From contig CAYOZJ010000005.1 in NCBI GenBank assembly GCA_964408485.1, positions 13,203 to 77,202 of the forward strand: a stretch of DNA of 64,000 bases. The letters are read 5' to 3'. Source of the stretch: an uncultured Gammaproteobacteria bacterium. GTDB taxonomy: Bacteria > Patescibacteriota > Microgenomatia > Levybacterales > UBA12049. Below, piece after piece: positions 34,196 through 43,318 of this stretch. The notes under the pieces were generated by a model. It made no database searches and was not told the origin of the DNA. It saw only the letters and a program-made list of their open reading frames with translations. A program made the translations under genes and the position numbers. Every line of letters begins with the position of its first letter. The stretch's first letter is position 1.

Positions 34196-35992
34196 ATGGA
34201 CATATTTCCCCTTTTAACTCTTGGAGGCATGGTTGGATTTGCTATTTTAGCAATATATTTTGCACTGACAAGTAAGAATCTTAAAAAGACCATTAACCAA
34301 CATGATATTGTACAAAAAAGACGCTTGTACGAAATTGCGGTGCTCAAGACAATTCAAGATAGAATTGGCTACTCGCTTGATGTAGAACGTGTTATTGATA
34401 CGCTTACTGGAAGTCTTAAAAATCTCTTTCCCTACTCTACTGTATCCTCTCTTATTTTACATGCTGAAGAAGTTATTATTAAGACAACACTTGAGGAAAA
34501 GGTTGGGACACAATTTTTAGAGCAAGTCAAAAAAAGCATGCTTGCCTCAATGAGCAGTCTTGCTACAACTCCCCTTCCCCAACATGTTGAAGAGATACGC
34601 ACAGGGCTTGTCATAGATGATACGAATCCTAAGCAATTAGCTTCGTTTTTTCATATCCCTCTTATCGTGAATGGTCAAATTGTTGGGCTTATTAGTATTT
34701 GCTCTACCAAACCAGGATTATACAAGGAAGAAGATATGACAATTATGTACCAACTCACTGCAACAGCATCCAATGCGCTTTCCCGTCTGCGTGCTCTCAT
34801 AAGCAATGAGCAAGAAAAGCTAACAGCCATGATAACAAGCCTTGCCGATGGCATTGTGATGATAGATAACACCTATAAATTAACCTTTATTAACCAATCT
34901 GCAAGAAATCTAATTGGCATTCCCCACTTAAGTAATCCCACTATCTTTGATGTCGTGAATATGTTGTCTAAAGAAAAGGATTTTGGCGCAAAAATTAAAG
35001 AAGCGCTTTCGCAAAATAAGATTATTGAAGAAAAAGAACTCCATTTAGGAGATGAAACAGTCGCTCAAGTTATTGTAACCCCCGTTTTGGGGGCTGTAGA
35101 AGACACAGAGACTTTAGATAGAAAGGTTATGGGAGTGACAGTGCTTATTCATGACATAACGCTTGAAAAAGGCCTACAGCAAATGAAGGAAGATTTTACC
35201 AATGCAGTTGTTCATGAATTGAGAAGTCCTTTAACAGCCATTAAAGCAGCAAGCGAGATGATGGTGAGTAATGCCGAGCTTCCTGCATCAGATAAAAAAC
35301 TCGCAACGATTATTGAGCAACAATCTAAACGACTTCTGAATGATATTAATTCCCTTTTGGATGCTGCCAAATTGGAGGCAGGTCATTTTACTGTCTGGCA
35401 AGCACCATTTGACATGAGTAAAGTTGCAACAGAAACAATTTCTCTTTTCCAGCCGGAAGCTATAAAAAAACAAATTACTATTACCTACCAGGTTGAGGAT
35501 GCATTACCACTCGCATTCATAGATAGCAGCCGCATGGCACAGGTACTGAATAATTTATTATCAAATAGCCTTAAATTCACTCCTGCTGGCGGAAAAATTA
35601 CTATTAAAATAGTTGGACAATATAATAATCAGCTTCCCACAACACCAACCAATCCCGGAATACTCGTGTCAGTAAGCGATACTGGTATTGGTATACCACA
35701 GGACAAGCAAAAACAGCTTTTTACAAAATTTGCATCGCTCCAAAAACCACAAATGAGCATGCGCGCAGATCATGGACAGCAACCTGAAATAACCGAAGGC
35801 ACAGGACTTGGACTTTTCATTGCTAAAGGAATTGTAGAGGCACATGGAGGAAATATTTATGTTAATTCTACTCCCGAACATGGGACAACCATTTTCTTTA
35901 CCCTGCCTGTTGCACATGAAGAAGCAAAAACACTACTTAACCCTAAGCTACAAAGTGTCTTGGAACAATATACGCCAAAGGTACTGAATTAA
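34196..35992 (+). CDS. Sensor histidine kinase (TM, GAF/PAS-like, HisKA, HATPase_c)
   Basis: H-box FTNAVVHELRSPLTAI, N-box LLSNSLKFTPAGG, G-boxes DTGIGIP and GTGLGLFIAKGIVEAHGG. Confidence 0.9.
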   Translation: MDIFPLLTLGGMVGFAILAIYFALTSKNLKKTINQHDIVQKRRLYEIAVLKTIQDRIGYSLDVERVIDTLTGSLKNLFPYSTVSSLILHAEEVIIKTTLEEKVGTQFLEQVKKSMLASMSSLATTPLPQHVEEIRTGLVIDDTNPKQLASFFHIPLIVNGQIVGLISICSTKPGLYKEEDMTIMYQLTATASNALSRLRALISNEQEKLTAMITSLADGIVMIDNTYKLTFINQSARNLIGIPHLSNPTIFDVVNMLSKEKDFGAKIKEALSQNKIIEEKELHLGDETVAQVIVTPVLGAVEDTETLDRKVMGVTVLIHDITLEKGLQQMKEDFTNAVVHELRSPLTAIKAASEMMVSNAELPASDKKLATIIEQQSKRLLNDINSLLDAAKLEAGHFTVWQAPFDMSKVATETISLFQPEAIKKQITITYQVEDALPLAFIDSSRMAQVLNNLLSNSLKFTPAGGKITIKIVGQYNNQLPTTPTNPGILVSVSDTGIGIPQDKQKQLFTKFASLQKPQMSMRADHGQQPEITEGTGLGLFIAKGIVEAHGGNIYVNSTPEHGTTIFFTLPVAHEEAKTLLNPKLQSVLEQYTPKVLN

Positions 35993-36288
35993 GAGTTACT
36001 TAAGGGTCCATCAAAATGATTACGAAATGCTTCCTGGGACATAATATGATCTAAACCATCCGCAAGAGCAAAACGAACATGACCTGTTCCCTTTTCTACT
36101 GGTCGGTTATTAATATCCCTCTCTTCTATAGCTTGAACTACCGCACGTTCACCTTCACGAATACCATAACCAATACCATCAGTTACAGGTCTAGGCAAAC
36201 CATTCCTTCTATACAACTGTCCTGCTTGTATTTGAGGCTTTCTTCCTAACATGAATCCTATATTACTCTCTCTCTGAGAAATTTTCAA
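35989..36288 (-). CDS. Hypothetical protein (99 aa)
   Basis: ORF only. Confidence 0.3.
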   Translation of the reverse strand: MKISQRESNIGFMLGRKPQIQAGQLYRRNGLPRPVTDGIGYGIREGERAVVQAIEERDINNRPVEKGTGHVRFALADGLDHIMSQEAFRNHFDGPLSNS

Positions 36289-36386
36289 GAGGTAACTTGA
36301 GGCTAAAAAGGGATAGCATAAAGACTTTAGTAGAATCGCCAGGATAAAAGAAAAATAAGAATTATCCAGTAAAAGAGGTAAAGGTA

Positions 36387-36644
36387 TTAATCCTCGCTAT
36401 AACCATCACGGAATCCCTCAACTGCTCCTACAGTAATCCCGAATCCCTCAACAACGGCACCACCAGGACCTATTAAAATACCCGCTACTAGAGCTGGGCC
36501 AACAGATATTACTGCTCCAACACCTGCACCTTTAAAACCTTCTTCTACTCCATCTAGAACTCTCTCATATTTTGTTCTTCTACCCTGACGAATTCTTGAT
36601 GGCTTTTTTATTACTTCAGTTGATCTTGGTATATCTGCACTCAT
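36387..36644 (-). CDS. Hypothetical Gly-rich small membrane protein
   Basis: GVGAVISVGPALVAGILIGPGGAVVEG hydrophobic Gly-rich segment. Confidence 0.3.
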   Translation of the reverse strand: MSADIPRSTEVIKKPSRIRQGRRTKYERVLDGVEEGFKGAGVGAVISVGPALVAGILIGPGGAVVEGFGITVGAVEGFRDGYSED

Positions 36645-36691
36645 AAAGCTAATATAAATTTTGAAATTATTTGAGGTTTTATCGAATCTAG

Positions 36692-36946
36692 TTATCTAAC
36701 ACGTATGTCGCGTCCGCCTGTAATTTTTCTTATTGAGTGTTCTGTTTGAGCTACTAAATCAGGACGACCTCTTCTTCTTTCTATTGCTGCAAGCCATTGA
36801 TTATCACCTATTATAGCTAACTCAGATCCTGACAAACCCGAACCAGGATTACGTTCTTCAAGGATTCGATGATATCGTGCAAGAGATTCGCTAGTTCCTG
36901 CAAGCTTTTTTCTTAACGAAGCTGCTTCCTCAGTATCTACTCCCAT
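36692..36946 (-). CDS. Hypothetical protein (84 aa)
   Basis: ORF; start moved to the internal ATG so it does not overlap 36978-37202. Confidence 0.25.
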   Translation of the reverse strand: MGVDTEEAASLRKKLAGTSESLARYHRILEERNPGSGLSGSELAIIGDNQWLAAIERRRGRPDLVAQTEHSIRKITGGRDIRVR

Positions 36947-36977
36947 TACGAGATAATAGTACACCATTAGATAAAAA

Positions 36978-37202
36978 TCAACGTCTATTATTTCCTGGAG
37001 AATCAGGCGGTTCCTGATCTCGTCTTGTTTCTTGGTTATATATTGCCCGAGCACCTAAACCTGATATCAACATACTTCCAACAACTACTGCAGCACCAAC
37101 GAGAGGCTTATCTTTAGGAAACCCTCCGCAAATTTCTGCAGCTGTCGTAAGGACTCCTCCTGTCACCGCCCCTGCTAAAGAAAATACTGTTCGTTCTGCC
37201 AT
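36978..37202 (-). CDS. Hypothetical Gly-rich small membrane protein
   Basis: LAGAVTGGVLTTAAEICGG...GAAVVVGSMLISGLGA. Confidence 0.3.
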   Translation of the reverse strand: MAERTVFSLAGAVTGGVLTTAAEICGGFPKDKPLVGAAVVVGSMLISGLGARAIYNQETRRDQEPPDSPGNNRR

Positions 37203-37238
37203 TAAACAATTCTATCAAAAAATATCCTATATAACAAT

Positions 37239-38516
37239 CTATTTTCTTCTGAAGAATATAACTAAGGACACAAGAAGTAAGTAATACCCAAGTGTAAAAA
37301 ATATCGGGAGACTGTTGATTTGCACAAGGACTGCATGACCTGCAAAAAATGCGGTAATAGATTGTAAGTACCAAAGAAGTGGAATACACATCCATACAAT
37401 AAGTCTGCCAAGAGGCTCAAGAATTAATCCTATGACTATTCCCACTCCTCCAATAATCATAATAAGCGGAATTGTCCAAAGTACAAGCACATTAGCAAGA
37501 ATAGAAAGCAAAGAATATTGTCCAAAGGTCGCGAGGATAATGGGCAGAGTTGCAGCTTGCGCTGCAAGTGTTGTTGAGAGGTCATCTCCAAGAATTGAAT
37601 GATTAAATAGGCTCGATTTTAGCACTAATATACCCGCAGTTGCTAAAATAGATAATTGAAACCCCACATCAAATAACAGCAACGGACTCCACAAAAGCAT
37701 GGTTGCACCAACAAGAAATAATATATACAACGCGCTATATTGCCTACCAAAAAGCGAGGCTGAAAAAGCAATACTTCCCATAAGTGCAGCACGTACAATA
37801 GATCCTTCAAAGCCAGAAATTGTGACGTACAGAAAAATTCCTCCAATACTTACCACAATCGCCCACTGCCTTTTTAAGAAAGCGCCAAGCAAGCTAATAA
37901 GAAATCCTGCAACAAGTGTTACATTCATTCCAGACGCTGCAACGATGTGTGAAAGTCCAGTGATACGAAATGATCTAGTTATTTGATCTGTTAGTAAACT
38001 TTTGATACCGAAAATAATACCAACGAGTAGGCCAGAGTATGGTTGTGAAAAATTATTTTCACAAAAATCAATTATTTTCTGGCGAAGAGGAGTGAAAAGT
38101 GGTAAAAAACCACTATTTTTAGCCTTAATTTGAGGGTTTTGGATTGTCAGGACAGTCCTTTCATTCTTTAGCAGACTATCAAATAGAGTGCTTGCCACGT
38201 ATAAATGCCCCTCGGGAGTGCGAGGCTGTAAGCCTCCAGACCGAGGTAAATTTTGTATGTGGCCATTTACCTCTAGTGTCTGTCCATACGAAAAGGATTC
38301 ATCACTATTTGTTTTTACTAAAACTTTTGTACTATGCCAAAAGTCTCCAACAGATAGAAAAAACTGTTGACTATTCCCTACCACTTTTGGGTCCTCTAAA
38401 AGAGTAGTAGTAAAAGAAACTTCCTTGTCTGTTGGAAAAGAAAACGGAGTCAAATAAAAAAGCCCAAGACGAAGAAATAAAAAAAGCGTAGTAAAAACAA
38501 TGAAAAATCTATACAT
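37239..38516 (-). CDS. comEC: ComEC/Rec2-family DNA internalization channel protein (no C-terminal MBL domain)
   Basis: N-terminal DUF4131-like OB region followed by the competence-domain motif GLSHIVAASGMNVTL and multiple TM helices. Confidence 0.8.
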   Translation of the reverse strand: MYRFFIVFTTLFLFLRLGLFYLTPFSFPTDKEVSFTTTLLEDPKVVGNSQQFFLSVGDFWHSTKVLVKTNSDESFSYGQTLEVNGHIQNLPRSGGLQPRTPEGHLYVASTLFDSLLKNERTVLTIQNPQIKAKNSGFLPLFTPLRQKIIDFCENNFSQPYSGLLVGIIFGIKSLLTDQITRSFRITGLSHIVAASGMNVTLVAGFLISLLGAFLKRQWAIVVSIGGIFLYVTISGFEGSIVRAALMGSIAFSASLFGRQYSALYILFLVGATMLLWSPLLLFDVGFQLSILATAGILVLKSSLFNHSILGDDLSTTLAAQAATLPIILATFGQYSLLSILANVLVLWTIPLIMIIGGVGIVIGLILEPLGRLIVWMCIPLLWYLQSITAFFAGHAVLVQINSLPIFFTLGYYLLLVSLVIFFRRK

Positions 38517-38583
38517 AATAATTGCTAAATTGTTAAATTCTTAAGAAGCTTATAGCAATAAAACAATTTAATAATTTAAGAAT

Positions 38584-39231
38584 TTAGTATACCGTTATCT
38601 TGTCTTTTATTTTTGCAAAGACGCTATTTGTCACAACCTTTTTTGCTGTTAAATCTTCAATAGCTCCATACGGGCGTCCTGAAATAATTTTTTGCGCAGT
38701 TACCGGACCAATACCCGGAAGACTATCTAATTGCGATTCTGAAGCTGAATTAATGTTTATCAAACCTGTCTGGGCACCCAAAACACTGGATTCCCCTGCA
38801 TTATTCATGCTGCTTACTGCATTTTGCTGGACTTCCCCAACTTTCGGCACATAGATTTTCACTCCATCTGCCAACTTTGCTGCTAAATTAAGTGATTTTG
38901 TTACAACTGCTCTATCTGCATCGCTAGAAAGTCCTCCTGCGGCAATAAGCCCGTCCTGAACCCTGGCATCTCGAGGCAACTTATACACCCCAGGCTTTAC
39001 TACTGCTCCTTCCACATCTACTTGCATTGTCAAAAGAGGGGTAGAGCTTATGGCAGAAGAGCTTGTCTTAGTAGATATTTCCTGTGAAGTAGCCTGCTTT
39101 TCAGAATGTAGCAACTGTATCAAACCAATGCTAAAAAATATCAAACCACCAAGAAAGAGTACTATTGGAAGATAATATGACTTAGGAATATTCCTAAGAA
39201 AATCAAACAGTTTTTCAGACAACTGCTCCAT
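38584..39231 (-). CDS. comEA: ComEA competence protein (TM anchor, SLBB domain, tandem helix-hairpin-helix)
   Basis: ININSASESQLDSLPGIGPVTAQKIISGRPYGAIEDL HhH motif; immediately upstream of comEC on the same strand. Confidence 0.85.
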   Translation of the reverse strand: MEQLSEKLFDFLRNIPKSYYLPIVLFLGGLIFFSIGLIQLLHSEKQATSQEISTKTSSSAISSTPLLTMQVDVEGAVVKPGVYKLPRDARVQDGLIAAGGLSSDADRAVVTKSLNLAAKLADGVKIYVPKVGEVQQNAVSSMNNAGESSVLGAQTGLININSASESQLDSLPGIGPVTAQKIISGRPYGAIEDLTAKKVVTNSVFAKIKDKITVY

Positions 39232-39237
39232 GGAAAT

Positions 39238-39267
39238 AGCGTAAAGGGTAAAGCGTTAAGGGTCAAG
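39238..39267. repeat. C-family repeat copy (agcgtaaagggtaaagcgttaagggtcaag)
   Basis: Related copies at 1758-1790 and, in reverse orientation, 48986-49012. Confidence 0.6.
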
Positions 39268-39345
39268 AGAGAAAAACGAAAAATGTCAAATAGGATATGA
39301 GAATGTATAAAAGTTAAGAATTTTTATAGACATCGAGGTTTAGAT

Positions 39346-39591
39346 TTAAGAGTTAGGACTCCTCCCTTGTTTTGCGGAGACTCTTCTCTGTTTTCTCTCA
39401 ACTTTTATACCCGTAGATAATCTCAATTCTTGTAATGTGTTCCATATAGAATCAAGTGCAGCATCAAATAGAATATCGTCTGGGATAGTAGGATCATTCA
39501 AAATGCGCCTACTACGGGCAAGTTGTCTTCTAATCGTTCTTAAATCTTTTACTGCTTCTTTTTCCCAAGGAGATGGTTCTGATGATGACAT
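39346..39591 (-). CDS. Small hypothetical protein (81 aa), type-B member of a tandem pair
   Basis: Shares the pattern DLRTIRRQLARSRRILNDPTIPDDILFDAALDSIWN with the ORF at 40087-40308. Confidence 0.4.
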   Translation of the reverse strand: MSSSEPSPWEKEAVKDLRTIRRQLARSRRILNDPTIPDDILFDAALDSIWNTLQELRLSTGIKVERKQRRVSAKQGRSPNS

Positions 39592-39620
39592 ATAGGCATC
39601 CTACTGTTTTAAAAAATAAA

Positions 39621-39660
39621 TTTCAACAAACAAAATTAACTATTTTCCCAGGCACGTAGG
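39621..39660. repeat. leuS-3'-end-like repeat copy E3
   Basis: tttcaacaaacaaaattaactattttcccaggcacgtagg, nearly identical to 40640-40669 inside leuS. Confidence 0.8.
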
Positions 39661-39666
39661 ATACCT

Positions 39667-39939
39667 CTAAGAATTTTGATAAAAACTCCTTCCACTTGGC
39701 AATATTATCTTCTTCTTACCTGTCTGAAGATCTGTTTCAACAACTGTTATTCCATTTGTTCCATATAAACGCGTAGTACGCTTCTGGTCTGTTGTTATCG
39801 CATGGAAAATAACATCCCCGTGACTATTAGATTCCACCTCGTGCATAACTTTTTTGCCATTTATAGAAATTGCTCTTCTCTTGCGGCGATCATCAACTAG
39901 TTTCCAGAGCTCTAAGGGCTTTCTTGGTAATTCTGACAT
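39667..39939 (-). CDS. Small hypothetical protein (90 aa), type-A member of a tandem pair
   Basis: ORF; weak similarity to the ORF at 40383-40601 (GD.IF..I...QKRTT vs GDRWIFYSDGTHSV). Confidence 0.4.
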   Translation of the reverse strand: MSELPRKPLELWKLVDDRRKRRAISINGKKVMHEVESNSHGDVIFHAITTDQKRTTRLYGTNGITVVETDLQTGKKKIILPSGRSFYQNS

Positions 39940-40003
39940 CTTGTCATTAAAGCATTTTTACCTGAGGAGGTCAAAGGTAAATGAAGCTAAAAAGTCTTAG
40001 ATG

Positions 40004-40033
40004 ACAAAATTCAAAATCTTTCCAGGCACGTAG
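40004..40033. repeat. leuS-3'-end-like repeat copy E2
   Basis: acaaaattcaaaatctttccaggcacgtag. Confidence 0.75.
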
Positions 40034-40086
40034 ATGAATCTAGAAAAAACCTTTCATTCCCTTCCTATGCTTTTCCACTTCTTTTC

Positions 40087-40308
40087 TTAGGAGGGATTGA
40101 ACGTCTTCCTTGTAGCTCTATACCTTATACCTATACGTATACTGTTTTCCCATATTGGATGAGAAAGAAGTCTTATCGCAGCACCAAGCTGCTCATCTAC
40201 ATTAGCTTTAGGGTTGTTTAATGTATCCCTATCCTCAGCAATTTCGCTTCGTACATCTGCTAGTTGTTCTTCTAGGGTTTTCTTAGAATGGGTTTGTTCT
40301 GTTGTCAT
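40087..40308 (-). CDS. Small hypothetical protein (73 aa), type-B member of a tandem pair
   Basis: LADVRSEIAEDRDTLNNPKANVDEQLGAAIRLLSHPIWEN parallels the ORF at 39346-39591. Confidence 0.4.
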   Translation of the reverse strand: MTTEQTHSKKTLEEQLADVRSEIAEDRDTLNNPKANVDEQLGAAIRLLSHPIWENSIRIGIRYRATRKTFNPS

Positions 40309-40340
40309 GCTTGCAATACTAATGTTTTAAGGAATAATTT

Positions 40341-40367
40341 TCAATACACAAAATTGAGAATTTCTCT
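40341..40367. repeat. Degenerate leuS-3'-end-like repeat copy E4
   Basis: tcaatacacaaaattgagaatttctct. Confidence 0.4.
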
Positions 40368-40382
40368 ATAAAAATGAAGAAG

Positions 40383-40601
40383 TTACTTATTTTTGAGTAA
40401 ATCTATCGTAATTCTCTTGCGAGGTGTTATTGTTATGTCAGACACAACTCTTCCCGTACTTGTCCTTCTTCTGTGTATAACACTATGTGTTCCATCTGAA
40501 TAGAATATCCACCGATCTCCGTTATCATATTGTCCAGTAGCCACCTGATGTACTTTTTTTGAGGCCTCTTGGTGGCTATTTATATCTTCTTGCGACATCA
40601 T
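40383..40601 (-). CDS. Small hypothetical protein (72 aa), type-A member of a tandem pair
   Basis: ORF directly downstream of leuS. Confidence 0.4.
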   Translation of the reverse strand: MMSQEDINSHQEASKKVHQVATGQYDNGDRWIFYSDGTHSVIHRRRTSTGRVVSDITITPRKRITIDLLKNK

Positions 40602-40629
40602 GCAAGTATAACTTAAGTAAAGGATAAGA

Positions 40630-43317
40630 TCAAAATACTACAAAATTAACTATTTTCCCAGGCACGTAGATAACTTTTCTTACTGTCTTTCCTTCTAAAT
40701 GAGCTTTTACTTTCCCTGATGCCTGTGCTGCTTGTTCTATATCAGATTGCTTCGCATCGCTCGCAATGACGAGAGTGTCGCGGAGTTTTCCATTAATTTG
40801 GACCGCGACCGTAACTGTATCAGAAACTATCAAACTATCATCGTGGCTAGGCCACTTCTCCTGATGAATTGACGTAAATGCCTCATCTCCAGCCTCACTA
40901 TCAGTAAGCTTATTCAACTGCCAAAGCTCTTCTGTTATATGCGGAGCAAACGGGGACAAGATAATCAGAAAATTCTTGAATTCTTCCTCCATAATTTGAG
41001 GCTTAGCATCTAAATAATTAAGCCACTTCATCATTGCTGCAACAGCTGTATTATTTTTTATATCTGCAATGTCTTCCCCAACCTTTTTTATGGCTGTATG
41101 CATCTGAAAGAGATCTTCTCTTGTCATTCCATTTATTGCCTGAGCTTGTCGAAGGCCCTCCCCGACCAAACCTTTCGATTCGCTTCGCTCACTCAGGGAA
41201 GAATTAACAACCCTTGGATACAAGTCCCAAACACGCTTGAGGAAGCGAAACATCCCGTACATTGCTGTTGTTGACCATGGCCCTGTTGCCTGGTACGGCA
41301 TCATAAAAGATAAATAGACACGCACAGCATCTGTACCAAACTCTTTAACAACATCATCCGGATTGATCACATTACCCTTGGACTTACTCATCTTATTGCC
41401 ATCTGGACCCAAAACAATGCCATGCTGAACACGCTTAAGGGCAAATTCATCAAAGTCCACCATACCTAGGTCTTTAAAGAATTTTGTGAAAAATCGTGCG
41501 TAAAGAGTGTGTCCCAAGGTATGCTCTCCCCCTCCAAAATAAATATCTAAAGGCATAAGCTTCGCAACCTCTTTAGGATCAAATGGACCTTTTGTGTACT
41601 GAGGATCAACATATCGGTAGTAATACCAAGCACTATCGAAAAATGTGTCTAATGTCTCTGGATCACGCTTTGCCTCACGTCCACATTTTGGACAAGCTAC
41701 TTTTAGCCACTCGCTATTACTTTCCAAAGGCGCTTTTCCTTTTGGCTGATAATCAACATCGTAGGGAAGATTTACTGGTAAATCTTTTAATGGTACCGGA
41801 ACCATTCCATCTATATCGCAATATATCATTGGAACGGGTGTTCCCCAATATCTTTGGCGACTAACAGACCAATCTCGAAGATGATATTGAATTTTTCTCT
41901 TACCAATGCCTTTCTGCTCTATCTGTTGAGTCATCTTTTCTTTTGCATCCTTACTGCTTAAAGCATTGAATTCTCCTGAATTAAATAATTCTGATTTCTC
42001 TTTATATGTTGTTTTTATTTCTGAATAGCTCCAGAATCCTTCTTCTTCTACTTTGGCACCATCTTCTGTTGGTTTAACTACAAATGTAATTGGTAAATTA
42101 AATTTTTCCGCGAATTCATGATCACGCTCATCATGACCAGGAACACCCATAACTGCACCTGTTCCATAGTTCATTAAAACGTAATCCGCAACCCAAACAG
42201 GAACTTCTTCATTAGTAAAGGGATTAATGACATACCCACCTGTAAAAACACCTGTTTTATCTTTTGTTTCAATGAGTCTATCACGCTCTGTCTTTTCTGA
42301 AGCGTCTTTAACATAGGCTTGAACTTCTTTTTTTATCGTGTCGTCCTTAACTTGTTTTAGAATCTCGTCAACTAATGGATTCTCAGGCGCTAAGACAACG
42401 AAGGAAACGCCAAAAATAGTATCCAGGGCTGTGGTAAATACTTCAATTTTGAATTTTGAATTTTGAATTTTGAATTCGAGCTGAACGCCTTCAGATCGTC
42501 CTATCCAATCATTTTGCGCTGTCATGACGGATTTTGGCCAGTCTACCCCATTACCATCTTTATTCCATAAAAGTTGTTCTGCATAGTCTGTAATGCGTAA
42601 AAACCACTGCTCTACTTCCTTTTGCACAACGGTATCGCCACATCTCCAGCATTTCCCATTTTCTACATGCTCATTGGCAAGGACTGTTTGGTCTGTTGGG
42701 CACCAATTGGAAAGCGTCTTGCCTCTATAAGCAATTCCTTTTTCATACATTTTTTCAAAAATCCATTGATTCCAAATATAATATTCAGGCAGACATGTTA
42801 CAGTTACATGATCCCAATCAATCATTGTACCCATGGTCTCGAATTGCATAGTCATGGTCTCTATATTCTTGAGCGTCCAGTCTTGTGGGTGAATATTACG
42901 CTTGATTGCTGCGTTTTCTGCAGGAAGACCGAAAGCATCGTATCCCATGGGGAAGAAAACATTATAACCTTGCATACGCTTAAAACGAGAGAGCACATCT
43001 GGGGCAACGAAGGTAAACCAATGACCAATATGTAAATCTCCTGAAGGATATGGAAGCTCAACAAGCGTATAAAACTTACCCTTCGATTTCCTAGACTCAG
43101 GACTAGGTTCGCCGAACCGTCGCACTTGCTCACTCAGGGAAAATTTTTTGCCTGAGCTGTGCCGCTTCGGGGAAGCAAATACTGAGTCGAGTGTCGAAGG
43201 CTTATCGCTATTACTGTCAAACTTGTATAGCCCTGCCTCACGCCACACGTCTTGCCATTTCTTTTCTATGTCCTTTGGAAAATATTTTTTCCATTCTGAT
43301 TGCGCTTGCTTATTCAT
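40630..43317 (-). CDS. leuS: Leucine--tRNA ligase
   Basis: HIGH (DLHIGHWFTF) and KMSKS (KMSKSKGN) motifs; 895 aa. Contains in-frame repeat insertions A3 (41139-41201) and A2 (43121-43201), a B-like segment (40745-40785), and the heptanucleotide repeat at 42445-42472. Its last ~30 coding nt (40640-40669) are the E-repeat. Confidence 0.95.
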   Translation of the reverse strand: MNKQAQSEWKKYFPKDIEKKWQDVWREAGLYKFDSNSDKPSTLDSVFASPKRHSSGKKFSLSEQVRRFGEPSPESRKSKGKFYTLVELPYPSGDLHIGHWFTFVAPDVLSRFKRMQGYNVFFPMGYDAFGLPAENAAIKRNIHPQDWTLKNIETMTMQFETMGTMIDWDHVTVTCLPEYYIWNQWIFEKMYEKGIAYRGKTLSNWCPTDQTVLANEHVENGKCWRCGDTVVQKEVEQWFLRITDYAEQLLWNKDGNGVDWPKSVMTAQNDWIGRSEGVQLEFKIQNSKFKIEVFTTALDTIFGVSFVVLAPENPLVDEILKQVKDDTIKKEVQAYVKDASEKTERDRLIETKDKTGVFTGGYVINPFTNEEVPVWVADYVLMNYGTGAVMGVPGHDERDHEFAEKFNLPITFVVKPTEDGAKVEEEGFWSYSEIKTTYKEKSELFNSGEFNALSSKDAKEKMTQQIEQKGIGKRKIQYHLRDWSVSRQRYWGTPVPMIYCDIDGMVPVPLKDLPVNLPYDVDYQPKGKAPLESNSEWLKVACPKCGREAKRDPETLDTFFDSAWYYYRYVDPQYTKGPFDPKEVAKLMPLDIYFGGGEHTLGHTLYARFFTKFFKDLGMVDFDEFALKRVQHGIVLGPDGNKMSKSKGNVINPDDVVKEFGTDAVRVYLSFMMPYQATGPWSTTAMYGMFRFLKRVWDLYPRVVNSSLSERSESKGLVGEGLRQAQAINGMTREDLFQMHTAIKKVGEDIADIKNNTAVAAMMKWLNYLDAKPQIMEEEFKNFLIILSPFAPHITEELWQLNKLTDSEAGDEAFTSIHQEKWPSHDDSLIVSDTVTVAVQINGKLRDTLVIASDAKQSDIEQAAQASGKVKAHLEGKTVRKVIYVPGKIVNFVVF
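42445..42472. repeat. Tandem heptanucleotide repeat (aattttg) x4 inside leuS
   Basis: Direct reading; encodes LEFKIQNSKFKIEVF. Confidence 0.8.
43121..43201. repeat. A-family palindromic repeat element inserted in frame in leuS
   Basis: Near-identical to 28975-29060 in argS. Confidence 0.85.
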
Positions 43318-43318
43318 A

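Noticed and set aside
36692-37054. Full-length ORF 36692-37054 overlapping 36978-37202
   Set aside because: The 77-nt overlap on the same strand is unlikely, so it was trimmed to the internal ATG at 36946. Even then it has low confidence.
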